This document shows, in pieces, positions 1 to 8,338 of a stretch of DNA of 39,589 nucleotides. The DNA is from an uncultured Holophagales bacterium (GTDB taxonomy: Bacteria > Acidobacteriota > Thermoanaerobaculia > UBA5066): positions 1 through 39,589 of the forward strand of contig CALBDV010000148.1 of NCBI GenBank assembly GCA_937927565.1, in the 5' to 3' direction. The notes below the pieces were generated by a model that was not told the origin of the DNA, did not search any database, and saw only the letters and a program-made list of their open reading frames with translations. The first letter of the stretch is position 1. Each line of letters starts with the position of its first letter. The position numbers were made by a program, and so were the translations under genes.

Positions 1-505
1 TGTCCTGGAAGAGGTACTCGATCGGGTCCTCGACGGTGACGACGTGGACCGGGTGCCTCTCGGTGATTCCCTTGATGACCCCTGCGAGCGTCGTCGACTT
101 GCCCGAGCCGGTCGGTCCGGTGACGAGGACGAGGCCGGAGGGGTAGTCGCAGAACGTGTGGACGACGTCGGGGAGGTGGAGCTCGAGGATTCCGGGGATC
201 GTGAACGGGATCCGCCGGAAGACGGCCGACCAGCTCCCCCGCTGGAGGAAGATGTTGCCGCGGAAGCGTGCCAGGCCCTGGATGCCGTACCCGATGTCGA
301 CGGCGTAGTTGGCCGTCAGCTTGTCCTTCTGGTGCGGTGTGAGGATGGTGAGGACCATGTCCTCGATCTCTTTGGGACTGAGCGGGTCGGTCTTCAGCGG
401 GACGAGGCGCCCGTTGATCCGCAGGAGCGGCGGCCGCCCCGGCTTGAGGTGGAGGTCCGAAGCCTCCTTTTTCGTGACGAACTTCAACAGTTCGGTCAGG
501 TCCAT
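1..505 (-). CDS. pilT: Type IV pilus retraction ATPase PilT, N-terminal part only (gene continues past the window start)
   Basis: Absent from the ORF track because it runs off the edge. Reverse-strand translation from ATG (505-503) reads MDLTELLKFVTKKEASDLHLKPGRPPLLRINGRLVPL... It continues to VLVTGPTGSGKSTTLAG (Walker A, approx 92-118). This is a typical PilT/GspE-family N-terminus. Confidence 0.85.
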   Translation of the reverse strand, partial: MDLTELLKFVTKKEASDLHLKPGRPPLLRINGRLVPLKTDPLSPKEIEDMVLTILTPHQKDKLTANYAVDIGYGIQGLARFRGNIFLQRGSWSAVFRRIPFTIPGILELHLPDVVHTFCDYPSGLVLVTGPTGSGKSTTLAGVIKGITERHPVHVVTVEDPIEYLFQD

Positions 506-527
506 GTTCCAGATCCTCGCACGAAGC

Positions 528-1781
528 TTATACCGATCGGGAGACGGATCCCGCCCGGCGGCGCGCGGCGGAGCCGGTTCCCGAGAGGAACGCCAGGGCC
601 TCCCGGCGTCCCCGGACGGCTCCCGTGGCGAGCGCTTCGTCGAGCCGGGCGAGGGCAAGGCCGAGGGCGCTCCCCGAAACGCCCAGGAGCCGGGCCACGT
701 CCGTGGCATCCATGGGACGCCGGGGCCGCAGGAATCGAGGGAGGGCCCCGCGCACGGCGAGAAGGCGTTCGGCCTCGAGAGCGATGGCCCGTCCGGCTGC
801 ACCTCGCGCCACGGCGAGGAAGGCGACGGCCTCCCGGGAGAACGGTGCCGATCGCCGCAGGAGGAGAACCGCGTCGCGCCGGCCGGGTGCGCGCGGTGGC
901 CGGGGAAGGCCGATGAGCGTCTCCGCGAGCCGCCGGTCGCGTCGGCTCGCGCGGAGCGTTTCGAGCGCGGCGGCGGCGGGAGCCGGGCCGGCGGGTGAGA
1001 GAAGGAACGTGCGCAGAAGGGGAGCGGACGTGCCCGCACCGGCCGCGCCGACGAGGCGGATGCCTCGGCGTCGCACGGACTGCGGGATGCCCGGCAGGAG
1101 CGCTTCGAGCGCTCCCCACGACTCGAGCCGGTCAAGGGCGAGGGCGGCAGGGCCCGGGCCCGTGGCGAGGATCGCGTCGAGCTCCGAAAGGCGGCGTTCC
1201 GGCGCGACGTTCCCCAGGCGCCGGGCCGCACGGCGCAGCTCGGGAAGCGTCGCCGGGTCGAGGCGAAAGCCGGGGAGGCGTGCGAGGAAGCGGGCGGCGC
1301 GGACGACGCGGAGCGGGTCCTCGAGAAGGACCCCGGCCCGGGGGAGCCTCAGGCGGCGGGCGACCAGGTCGCGGAGCGCGCCGTCGGGAACGACGAGGCG
1401 CCCCCCGGGAAAGGCGAGGCCGAGCGCGTTGACCGTGAAATCGCGCCGGAGAAGGTCGTCTGCGGGGTCGCCATCGGTCTCCCAGACGTCGACGGAAGAG
1501 GCACCGAGCGGGACGTGGAGGATCCGTCGCGGCGCCTGCCCGATCGCCAGCGCGCGCGAGCCACCGAGGCGGGCGAGAGCGTTCGCGAAGGACACCGCCC
1601 CGTCGCGGGGAACCGCGAGGTCCACGTCACCCGCCGGAAGGCCGAGAAGGGCGTCGCGCACCGCCCCCCCGACGAGGAGGAAAGGAACGCCCGCAGTGGC
1701 GGAGGCTTTCCGAGCGAGCCGTACGGGGCGTCGGCGGGAAAGGCGCCTCAGCGCCAGGCGAGCATCGGGAAGAGCGATCAC
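528..1781 (-). CDS. CCA-adding enzyme / poly(A) polymerase family nucleotidyltransferase
   Basis: ORF 528..1955(-) carries GGAVRDALLG..DVDLAV, RRDFTVNAL and EDPLRVVRAARF, the class II nucleotidyltransferase motifs. The longest ORF would overlap gatC by more than 100 nt. The only other in-frame start I see is GTG at 1781 (VIALPDARL...), which puts GGxVRD about 35 aa from the N-terminus. CCA-adding versus poly(A) polymerase activity cannot be distinguished by eye. Confidence 0.75.
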   Translation of the reverse strand: MIALPDARLALRRLSRRRPVRLARKASATAGVPFLLVGGAVRDALLGLPAGDVDLAVPRDGAVSFANALARLGGSRALAIGQAPRRILHVPLGASSVDVWETDGDPADDLLRRDFTVNALGLAFPGGRLVVPDGALRDLVARRLRLPRAGVLLEDPLRVVRAARFLARLPGFRLDPATLPELRRAARRLGNVAPERRLSELDAILATGPGPAALALDRLESWGALEALLPGIPQSVRRRGIRLVGAAGAGTSAPLLRTFLLSPAGPAPAAAALETLRASRRDRRLAETLIGLPRPPRAPGRRDAVLLLRRSAPFSREAVAFLAVARGAAGRAIALEAERLLAVRGALPRFLRPRRPMDATDVARLLGVSGSALGLALARLDEALATGAVRGRREALAFLSGTGSAARRRAGSVSRSV

Positions 1782-1831
1782 GGCAGGGAACGACGGTAGG
1801 GGAGCGCCGCGTGGGCCGTCAAGCCGCTGGC

Positions 1832-1837
1832 TATACT
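1832..1837 (+). promoter_or_regulatory. -10-like hexamer TATACT, 7 nt upstream of the gatC GTG (leaderless-type arrangement)
   Basis: TATACT at 1832-1837, then cgacggt, then GTG at 1845. No Shine-Dalgarno in the gap. It is AT-rich against a very GC-rich background. Confidence 0.4.
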
Positions 1838-1844
1838 CGACGGT

Positions 1845-2138
1845 GTGAAGATCGACAGCGAGCTCGTTCGCAGCGTGGCACGGCTCGCCGCGCTCGATCT
1901 CGTCGACGGGGAGGACACCCGGCTCGCCGAAGAGCTGACCCGGGTCGTCGACCATTTCGAGACTCTTCGGCGGGTGCCGGACGACCTCCTCCCACCCCTT
2001 CCGGCACCTCCCCCGACACCTCTGAGGGCAGACCTGCCGGCGGGCGAGCCCGGAGAGCGCCCCTTCGTCACCGCGAACGCACCGGAGGCCTCACACGGGC
2101 ACTTCGTCGTCCCCCGCGTCGTATCGAGGAACGGGTGA
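1845..2138 (+). CDS. gatC: Asp/Glu-tRNA amidotransferase subunit C
   Basis: The 97-aa ORF (GTG start) reads VKIDSELVRSVARLAALDLVDGEDTRLAEELTRVVDHFETLRRV, a typical GatC N-terminus. Its stop overlaps the gatA start (GTGA at 2135-2138). Confidence 0.9.
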   Translation: MKIDSELVRSVARLAALDLVDGEDTRLAEELTRVVDHFETLRRVPDDLLPPLPAPPPTPLRADLPAGEPGERPFVTANAPEASHGHFVVPRVVSRNG

Positions 2139-3616
2139 CTTCGGATCTCGACCTCCTGCTCGACGGGCCGGCACACGAGCTGGCCGCGGCCGTTTCCTTC
2201 CGGAAGGTCACCGCACGCCAGGTGGCGGAGGTGTCGCTCGGGCGCGTGGCAAAGAGCCGGGCCCTTCACGGGTCGTTCCTTCACGTTGCCCCGGCGGCCG
2301 CTCTCGCGGCGGCGGACGAGGTCGACCGGCGCGTCGCCTCGGGGGAGGCGATGCCTCTCGCGGGCGTGCCGCTTGCCGTGAAGGACAACGTGAACGTGGC
2401 AGGCCTGCCGTCGACGGCGGGCTCGCGGATCCTCGCCGGCTTCGTCGCGGCGGACGACGCGACGTGCGTCGCACGGCTGAGGGCGGCCGGATGCGTCGTC
2501 GTCGGGAAGACGAGCTGCGACGAGTTCGGGATGGGATCCTCGAACGAGAATTCGGCGTTCGGGCCGGTCCGCAATCCCTGGGACCCCTCGTGCGTTCCCG
2601 GCGGCTCGTCGGGCGGGTCGGCCGCCGCCGTGGCGGCGCTCGCGGTCCCGCTCGCGATCGGGACGGACACGGGAGGCTCGGTCCGCCAGCCGGCTTCCTT
2701 CTGCTCCCTGGTGGGCGTCAAGCCTACGTACGGGCGGGTCCCGCGGTACGGCCTCCTCGCCTACGCCTCGTCGCTCGACCAGGCGGGGCCGCTCGCGAGA
2801 AACGTCCGCGACGCCGCCCTGGCCCTCGCCGCGATGTCGGGCCCCGATCCCCGGGACGCCACCTCGCTGCGGTCCGCTCCGCCCGAGCTCCTCGAGCGCC
2901 TCGAGGCCGGAGCGGCCGGGGCCCGGATCGGTCTTCTCGCCGAGGCCGAGGCGCCCGAGGGCGGGCTCGACTCCGACGTCGGCGCCGCGCTCGAGACGAC
3001 GGCACGGCTCCTCGAATCGGCGGGGGCGACGCTCGTCCGCGTCTCGGTTCCGCGCGTCTCGCTGGCCGTGGCGGCGTACTACATCCTCGCGACCGCGGAG
3101 GCCTCCTCCAACCTCGCCCGCTACGACGGCGTCCGGTACGGCGCGCGGCGGGAAGGGGACGGCCTGTCGGGCCTCTACCGCGCGACGCGCACCGCCGGGT
3201 TCGGGCCGGAGGTGAAGCGGCGGATCCTGCTCGGGACGTTCGCGCTCTCGTCCGGCTATCGCGAGGCGTGGTACGAGCGCGCGCAGCGCGTCCGGGCCCT
3301 GCTCGCGATCGACTTCGCGGAGGCCTTCCGCTCCTGCGACGCGATCCTCTGCCCCACGGCGCCCCAGCCGGCGTTCCGGATCGGGGAGAAGGGCGCGGAC
3401 CCGCTCGCGATGTACCTCGCCGACGTCTTCACCGTGCCGGCGAGCCTCGCGGGGCTCCCGGCACTCTCGGTCCCGGCCGGGCTCTCGCGGGACCGGCTCC
3501 CGATCGGGATGCAGCTCGCCGGCCCGGCGGGCTCCGAGCCGCTGCTCCTCGCGCTGGGCCGCGAGGTCGAGCGGGCGGCGGGTGAGTGGGGCCGTCCGCC
3601 GGGCGCAATCCGTTGA
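2135..3616 (+). CDS. gatA: Asp/Glu-tRNA amidotransferase subunit A (amidase signature family)
   Basis: In frame with ORF 1811..3616. GTG at 2135 overlaps the gatC stop. Motifs seen: GVPLAVKDNVNVAGLPSTAGSRIL, GKTSCDEFGMGSSNENSAFGPVRNPWD and GGSSGGSAAAVAA (amidase signature). About 493 aa. Confidence 0.92.
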   Translation: MTSDLDLLLDGPAHELAAAVSFRKVTARQVAEVSLGRVAKSRALHGSFLHVAPAAALAAADEVDRRVASGEAMPLAGVPLAVKDNVNVAGLPSTAGSRILAGFVAADDATCVARLRAAGCVVVGKTSCDEFGMGSSNENSAFGPVRNPWDPSCVPGGSSGGSAAAVAALAVPLAIGTDTGGSVRQPASFCSLVGVKPTYGRVPRYGLLAYASSLDQAGPLARNVRDAALALAAMSGPDPRDATSLRSAPPELLERLEAGAAGARIGLLAEAEAPEGGLDSDVGAALETTARLLESAGATLVRVSVPRVSLAVAAYYILATAEASSNLARYDGVRYGARREGDGLSGLYRATRTAGFGPEVKRRILLGTFALSSGYREAWYERAQRVRALLAIDFAEAFRSCDAILCPTAPQPAFRIGEKGADPLAMYLADVFTVPASLAGLPALSVPAGLSRDRLPIGMQLAGPAGSEPLLLALGREVERAAGEWGRPPGAIR

Positions 3617-5586
3617 CGAGGCCCCCCCTCGGTCTCCTCCTTTCGGTCCTGCTGCTGCTGCCTTCGTTTCTCGCCGCGCAGGAGCCGCCGAGGAGGGTCG
3701 ACGTCTCCGAGGACTTCTCGGCGATCCTCGACGACGGCGCGATCGTCGTCGAGGTGCGTCCCCTCGAGGGCGAGTCCGTGGCCGATTTCGCGCGGCGCGT
3801 CTCCCGCGACGAGGCGGCTGCCTCGAGGCTCCTCGCCCTCGCGACGCCCCCGTCCCGGACGCGGACGATCCTGCTGCCGTACCCGGGCCTCTCGGACGAG
3901 ACGCGGCTCGCCGCCGTGCGCGCCCTCTTCCCGTCGGATGCGCGCGCGACGATCGGCTGGCTCCACGCCGCCGTCGGAACCGAGCCGCTCGCGTCGATCG
4001 CATCCTGGTTCACGGGTGACGAGCGCCTCGCGGTCCGGCTCGCGGAGCTGAACGGACTGACCGGCCCGTTCGTCACGCGCGGGACACTCGTGAAAGTGCC
4101 CGTCGAGTACCTCCTCGCGCCGTTCCGGGACGCCGAGCCGATTCCCGACGAGGAACCGCCGCGTCTCGAGTACGGATCCGACGCGAAAGGGAAGTACGCC
4201 GTCTACCGCCTGAAGCGGAAGGAGGCGCTCTATTCCGCCGTCGTCGTGAGGTTCACCGGGCGCCTTCACGCCGAGGACGTCATCCAGCTCGCGCTGGACA
4301 TCGCCCTGCGGTCGGGCATCGACGACGTCCACGGGATTCCCGTCGGGTTCCCGGTGAAGATCCCGCTCGAGCTCCTCTCCGAGGAGTACCTCCCGCCGGA
4401 CGACCCCAAGACCGCGGCGCGGGAAAGGGAGCGGGCCGAGGCGGCCCTCTTCGCCAATCCCGCGAAGGCCCGGGGTCTGGCCGGAGTCCGCGTCGTGATC
4501 GACGCGGGGCACGGCGGCCGCGACACCGGGACCCTCCACCACGGCGTCTGGGAGTCGACCTACGTCTACGACGTCGCCTCGCGCCTGCGGAACGTCCTCC
4601 TCGGGACGACGCGCGCCGAGGTCGTCATGATGACGCGCGAGCCGGGAATCGGCTGGGAGATTCCGGATCGCGACCGGCTCCCGGACCGAAAGGCCCGAAT
4701 CCTGCTGACGGACCCTCCCTACACGCTGACGAACCCGACGGCGGGTGTGAACCTCCGCTGGTACCTCGCGAACGCCATCCTCAGGCGCCCCGGCCCCGGG
4801 GGGAAGCCGATCCCGCCGGAGAGAACGGTCTTCATCTCCCTCCACGCCGACTCCCTCCACCCGTCGGTCCGGGGCGCCATGGCGTACGTTCCGGGCGAGA
4901 GGTTCCTCCGCTCGAGCTACGGCCGCGCCACACCGTTCTACCGGACGTTCCGCGAGGTCCGCGACGAGCCGGTCGTCTCGTTCACGAAGAAGGAGCGCGT
5001 CCTGGCGGAAGGGGCGTCGACGTCGCTCGCCGAGAAGCTGATCGGAGCATTCCGACGCCGGAATCTACCCGTCCACCAGTTCCGGCCGGTGAGGACACAC
5101 GTCATCCGGTCGGGTCGCGAGTGGGTTCCCGCGGTCCTGCGCTACAACAAGATTCCGAACCGCGTCCTCTTCGAGCTCTCGAACCTCTCGAACGACGAGG
5201 ATCGGGAGCTCACCCTCACGCGGGCGTTCCGTCAGCAGTCCGCCGAGGCGCTGGCGGAAGGGCTCCTCGCCTTCTTCGGTGGGACGGGGGCCCCGGAGGG
5301 AGACGCGCCGGGCCCCGCGCCCGCGGTCACGCCGGCACCGCCCGATTCGGGGCATACGGCGGTCCGGATCATCGCCGTCGCTCCGGGCGCCGACGCCACG
5401 GCGCGGGAGATCGCAGGACCCTGGCCGGAGATCGCCGGGCCGTGGCCGAGCAGGTCCGAGCCCGGTCCCGCAGCGGCGAAGGGCCCTTCCCCGACGCCGA
5501 AACCGGCATTGAAGGCGACGCCAGGGCCTGCGAAGAAGCCGACGCCGAAGCCGAAACCGAAGCGATCCTCCCGCCGTCGCGGTTAG
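3586..5586 (+). CDS. N-acetylmuramoyl-L-alanine amidase (Amidase_3/AmiC-like) with N-terminal signal peptide and Pro/Lys-rich C-terminal tail
   Basis: Motifs: VVIDAGHGGRDTGT ... FISLHADS ... ELSNLSNDEDRE (Amidase_3-like). Signal peptide LLLSVLLLLPSFLAAQE. The start is uncertain: GTG 3586 (track) or in-frame TTG 3613, which overlaps the gatA stop as TTGA. The tail is PTPKPALKATPGPAKKPTPKPKPKRSSRRRG. Confidence 0.85.
   Translation: MGPSAGRNPLTRPPLGLLLSVLLLLPSFLAAQEPPRRVDVSEDFSAILDDGAIVVEVRPLEGESVADFARRVSRDEAAASRLLALATPPSRTRTILLPYPGLSDETRLAAVRALFPSDARATIGWLHAAVGTEPLASIASWFTGDERLAVRLAELNGLTGPFVTRGTLVKVPVEYLLAPFRDAEPIPDEEPPRLEYGSDAKGKYAVYRLKRKEALYSAVVVRFTGRLHAEDVIQLALDIALRSGIDDVHGIPVGFPVKIPLELLSEEYLPPDDPKTAARERERAEAALFANPAKARGLAGVRVVIDAGHGGRDTGTLHHGVWESTYVYDVASRLRNVLLGTTRAEVVMMTREPGIGWEIPDRDRLPDRKARILLTDPPYTLTNPTAGVNLRWYLANAILRRPGPGGKPIPPERTVFISLHADSLHPSVRGAMAYVPGERFLRSSYGRATPFYRTFREVRDEPVVSFTKKERVLAEGASTSLAEKLIGAFRRRNLPVHQFRPVRTHVIRSGREWVPAVLRYNKIPNRVLFELSNLSNDEDRELTLTRAFRQQSAEALAEGLLAFFGGTGAPEGDAPGPAPAVTPAPPDSGHTAVRIIAVAPGADATAREIAGPWPEIAGPWPSRSEPGPAAAKGPSPTPKPALKATPGPAKKPTPKPKPKRSSRRRG
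5407..5448 (+). repeat. Perfect tandem duplication of a 7-codon unit (EIAGPWP x2) inside the amidase C-terminal region
   Basis: Compare gag atc gca gga ccc tgg ccg with gag atc gcc ggg ccg tgg ccg. The two 21-nt units differ only at three synonymous third positions. Confidence 0.9.
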
Positions 5587-6500
5587 CCGGAAGCTCCCGG
5601 GCCCGGGTTCCGGGAGGCTCCCAGCCGCGCCAGCGCGAGCCCCCCTAGGACAACCGCGGCCGAGGCGAGCTTCGCGCCCGAGAAGCGCTCCCCCGTCCAG
5701 AGGGCGGAAGAGACCCCCGCGACGACCGGGACGAGGACGCCGACCCGGGTGGTGGCGGCGACGCCGAGGACGGCGAGCGCGTGCGCCCAGAGACGGAAGG
5801 AGGCGTAGAGCGGGAAGACCGCCGAAAGGACGAGGATGACCCAGGTGAGCGTCGAGACGTCGGCGTAGTTCTGCCTTGCCATCGACGGCGCGCAATAGGC
5901 GAGGAGCACCGGGGTGCCGAAGGCGAAGGTCGTTGCGAGCGCCGTGGCGTGCGGGATCCGGCCCGAAAGGCGCGAGGAGGAGACGCTGTAGATCGCCCAG
6001 AACGTCGCGGACGCGAGGCAGAGGAGGTTCCCGGAAAGCCCTCCGAGGTCGACCGAACCGTGGGCGGTTACGAGGAATCCCGCGACCCCGCACCACGCCA
6101 CCGCCGTCCCGGCGACGGCGAGGCGCGGAATTCGTTCGTACCCGAGCGCGGCGACGATCAGGAGCGCCAGGAGCGGCGATGTCGAGTTGAGGAGCGCGGC
6201 CGCGAAGCCGCTCGTCCTCTCGACGCCGATGGCGAAGATCGGCTGATAGACGCCGATGCCCGTCAGGGCGAGGAGGAGGCCGTACCGCCGCAGACCTCGA
6301 GGCGGCAGGACCGGTGCGCCGTTGCGCACGGCCCACCCGAGGATCAGGGCGGCGGCGATGAGGAACCGCCAGCCGGTGTAGGCGAGCGGGGAGAGCTCCT
6401 GGTAGGCGATCTTCGTCGCCGGGTAGTTCACGCCCCAGACGCCGACGCAGAGGACGACGCCGAGGAAGGCCTTCGAACGGATGCTGAGGGGGGAGGGCAC
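5583..6500 (-). CDS. EamA/DMT-family (drug/metabolite transporter) membrane protein
   Basis: 305 aa with about 10 hydrophobic segments and a two-fold EamA-like organisation (..GVNYPATKIAYQELSPL.., ..ATFWAIYSVSS..). GTG start at 6500, preceded by AGAGGA. Its stop overlaps the amidase stop (TTAG, 5583-5586). Confidence 0.85.
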   Translation of the reverse strand: MPSPLSIRSKAFLGVVLCVGVWGVNYPATKIAYQELSPLAYTGWRFLIAAALILGWAVRNGAPVLPPRGLRRYGLLLALTGIGVYQPIFAIGVERTSGFAAALLNSTSPLLALLIVAALGYERIPRLAVAGTAVAWCGVAGFLVTAHGSVDLGGLSGNLLCLASATFWAIYSVSSSRLSGRIPHATALATTFAFGTPVLLAYCAPSMARQNYADVSTLTWVILVLSAVFPLYASFRLWAHALAVLGVAATTRVGVLVPVVAGVSSALWTGERFSGAKLASAAVVLGGLALARLGASRNPGPGASG

Positions 6501-6512
6501 TGAGGTTTCCTC

Positions 6513-6521
6513 TGCTATATT
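6513..6521 (+). promoter_or_regulatory. Extended -10-like element TGcTATATT upstream of the ABC operon
   Basis: It lies in the AT-rich island of the 96-nt divergent spacer (6501-6596), about 75 nt upstream of ATG 6597. Confidence 0.45.
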
Positions 6522-6596
6522 TCAGGGGCTTTTTCGGCAGAAGGCGGCGCGTCAGCTGCGCCGCGCTCTGCCCGTCCGCGGAGGGACTGCACGACG

Positions 6597-7604
6597 ATGC
6601 TTGAGGTTGAAGCGCTCCGCAAGTCGTTCTACGGAACGGTGGCCGTCGACGACGTGTCGTTCCGGGTCGAGAGCGGGGAGATCCTGGGCTTCCTCGGTCC
6701 GAACGGGGCCGGGAAGACGACGACGATGCGGATGATCACCGGGTTCCTCGAGCCGGGTTCGGGAAAGGTGACCGTCGACGGGATCGACGCCGCCGCCAGG
6801 CCCAGGGAGGCACGGGCCCGCATCGGCTATCTCCCGGAGACTCTCGCCCTCTACCCCGAGATGCGGGTGAGGGAGTACGTGAAGTTCCGGGCCGAGCTCT
6901 GCGGCGTCCCGCGGAAGGCGACGAAGAGCCGCGTCGACGACGCCCTCGCCACCTGCTTCGTCGACGACGTGGCGCAGAAGCCGATCGGAAACCTCTCCAA
7001 GGGCTACCGGCAGCGCGTCGGGCTCGCCGCGGCCCTCGTGCACGGGCCACAGGTCCTCGTCCTGGACGAGCCGACGGTCGGCCTCGACCCGCGGCAGATC
7101 GTGAAGGTCCGAGAGCTGATCCGCGACCTGAGGAAGGACCACACGATCCTCCTCTCGACCCACATCCTCCCGGAGGTCGAGCTCGTCTGCGACCGGGTCG
7201 TCATCATCGACCGCGGGAAAATCGTCGCCACGGGTACTCCGGAGACCCTGCGCCAGCAGCTGACCCAGGCGCCGGGCCTGGCCGTCGGCCTCAAGGGGGA
7301 GATCCCCGAAGCCGACGGTATCCTCCGCCAGCTCCCCGGCGTCGTCCACGCCTCGCGCATGGGTGTGGGGGGCGAGACACGGGTTCTCCTGGAAGCCGAC
7401 CGGGGCTCCGACCTGCGCGAGAACGTCTTCCGCGAGTGCGTCGCCCGCGGCTGGACGGTGCTCGAGCTCTCGTCCCGGCAGGCGACCCTCGAGGACGTCT
7501 TCGTCCGGCTTCTCGCGGCGCGGGATGCCGTAGGGGCCGACAAGCCGGACGACCTGCCCGCCGCCGTCGAGGAGAGCGAGCCCCGTGGGGAGGCCCGGTC
7601 GTGA
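6597..7604 (+). CDS. ABC transporter ATP-binding protein (ABC-2/GldA-like)
   Basis: Walker A GPNGAGKTT, Q-loop, signature LSKGYRQRV and Walker B VLVLDEPTVGLD. The stop overlaps the next start (GTGA, 7601-7604). Confidence 0.92.
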   Translation: MLEVEALRKSFYGTVAVDDVSFRVESGEILGFLGPNGAGKTTTMRMITGFLEPGSGKVTVDGIDAAARPREARARIGYLPETLALYPEMRVREYVKFRAELCGVPRKATKSRVDDALATCFVDDVAQKPIGNLSKGYRQRVGLAAALVHGPQVLVLDEPTVGLDPRQIVKVRELIRDLRKDHTILLSTHILPEVELVCDRVVIIDRGKIVATGTPETLRQQLTQAPGLAVGLKGEIPEADGILRQLPGVVHASRMGVGGETRVLLEADRGSDLRENVFRECVARGWTVLELSSRQATLEDVFVRLLAARDAVGADKPDDLPAAVEESEPRGEARS

Positions 7605-8338
7605 AGGCGCTCCTGGCCATCCTCAAGCGCGAGTTCCTCGCCTACTTCTTCTCGCCCCTCGCCTACGTCGTCCTGACGGCGTTCCTCTTCATCAACGGCT
7701 ACGTCTTCTACGCGATCCTCCTGTCGCTCAACAGCCCGGAGACGTCGCGGCAGGAGCTGATGGCCCTCTTCTTCAAGAACGTCTTCTACTGGATCTTCAT
7801 GATGCTCGTCTCGTCGATCGTCGCGATGCGCCTGATCGCCGAGGAGCGCAAGTCGGGCTCCATCGAGGCGCTCCTGACGGCTCCCGTGGGCGAAGGAACC
7901 GTCGTGACCGGCAAGTTCCTCGGGGGGTTCACCTTCTTCGTCTTCCTGTGGCTTCCGACGGTCCTCTACCCGGTCGCGCTCTCGCGCTACGGAAGGATCG
8001 ACTTCGGGCCGATCGCCTCGGGCTACCTCGGCATCGCCCTCTTCGGCGCGCTCTTCATCGCCGCGGGGACCTTCGCCTCGTCCCTGACGAAGAACCAGAT
8101 CATCGCGGCGATCGTCAGCTTCGTGATGATCCTCGCCATATTCCTGGCGGGGATCTTCCGCGAGCTCGTAACGGACCCTAACCTGAAGGAAGCGCTCTCC
8201 TACCTGAACCTGATCGAGCACATGGACGACTTTGCCCGCGGCATCGTCGACACGCGCCGCATCGTCTACGTCCTCTCCTCCGTCGTCTTCTTCCTTCTCC
8301 TGTCCGCCAGGGTCCTGCACGGAAACAAGGGGAAATGA
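7601..8338 (+). CDS. ABC-2 type transporter permease (GldF-like)
   Basis: In frame with ORF 7436..8338. GTG 7601 gives VKALLAILKREFLAYFFSPLAYVVLTAFLFINGYVF..., a typical ABC-2 permease N-terminus with about 6 TM segments. It is coupled on both sides (GTGA upstream, ATGA downstream). Confidence 0.88.
   Translation: MKALLAILKREFLAYFFSPLAYVVLTAFLFINGYVFYAILLSLNSPETSRQELMALFFKNVFYWIFMMLVSSIVAMRLIAEERKSGSIEALLTAPVGEGTVVTGKFLGGFTFFVFLWLPTVLYPVALSRYGRIDFGPIASGYLGIALFGALFIAAGTFASSLTKNQIIAAIVSFVMILAIFLAGIFRELVTDPNLKEALSYLNLIEHMDDFARGIVDTRRIVYVLSSVVFFLLLSARVLHGNKGK

Noticed and set aside
44-1848. Plus-strand ORFs 44..916, 309..998, 625..1848 and 995..1432.
   Set aside because: They are antisense to pilT and the nucleotidyltransferase gene. 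Their composition is low-complexity Arg/Gly/Pro/Ala with no motifs.
1778-4003. 741-aa minus-strand ORF and the related 3256..4860(-) and 3429..4076(-) ORFs, antisense to gatC/gatA and the amidase.
   Set aside because: Arg-rich nonsense sequences (RRRR, PRRR runs) opposite genes that carry unmistakable GatA and amidase motifs.
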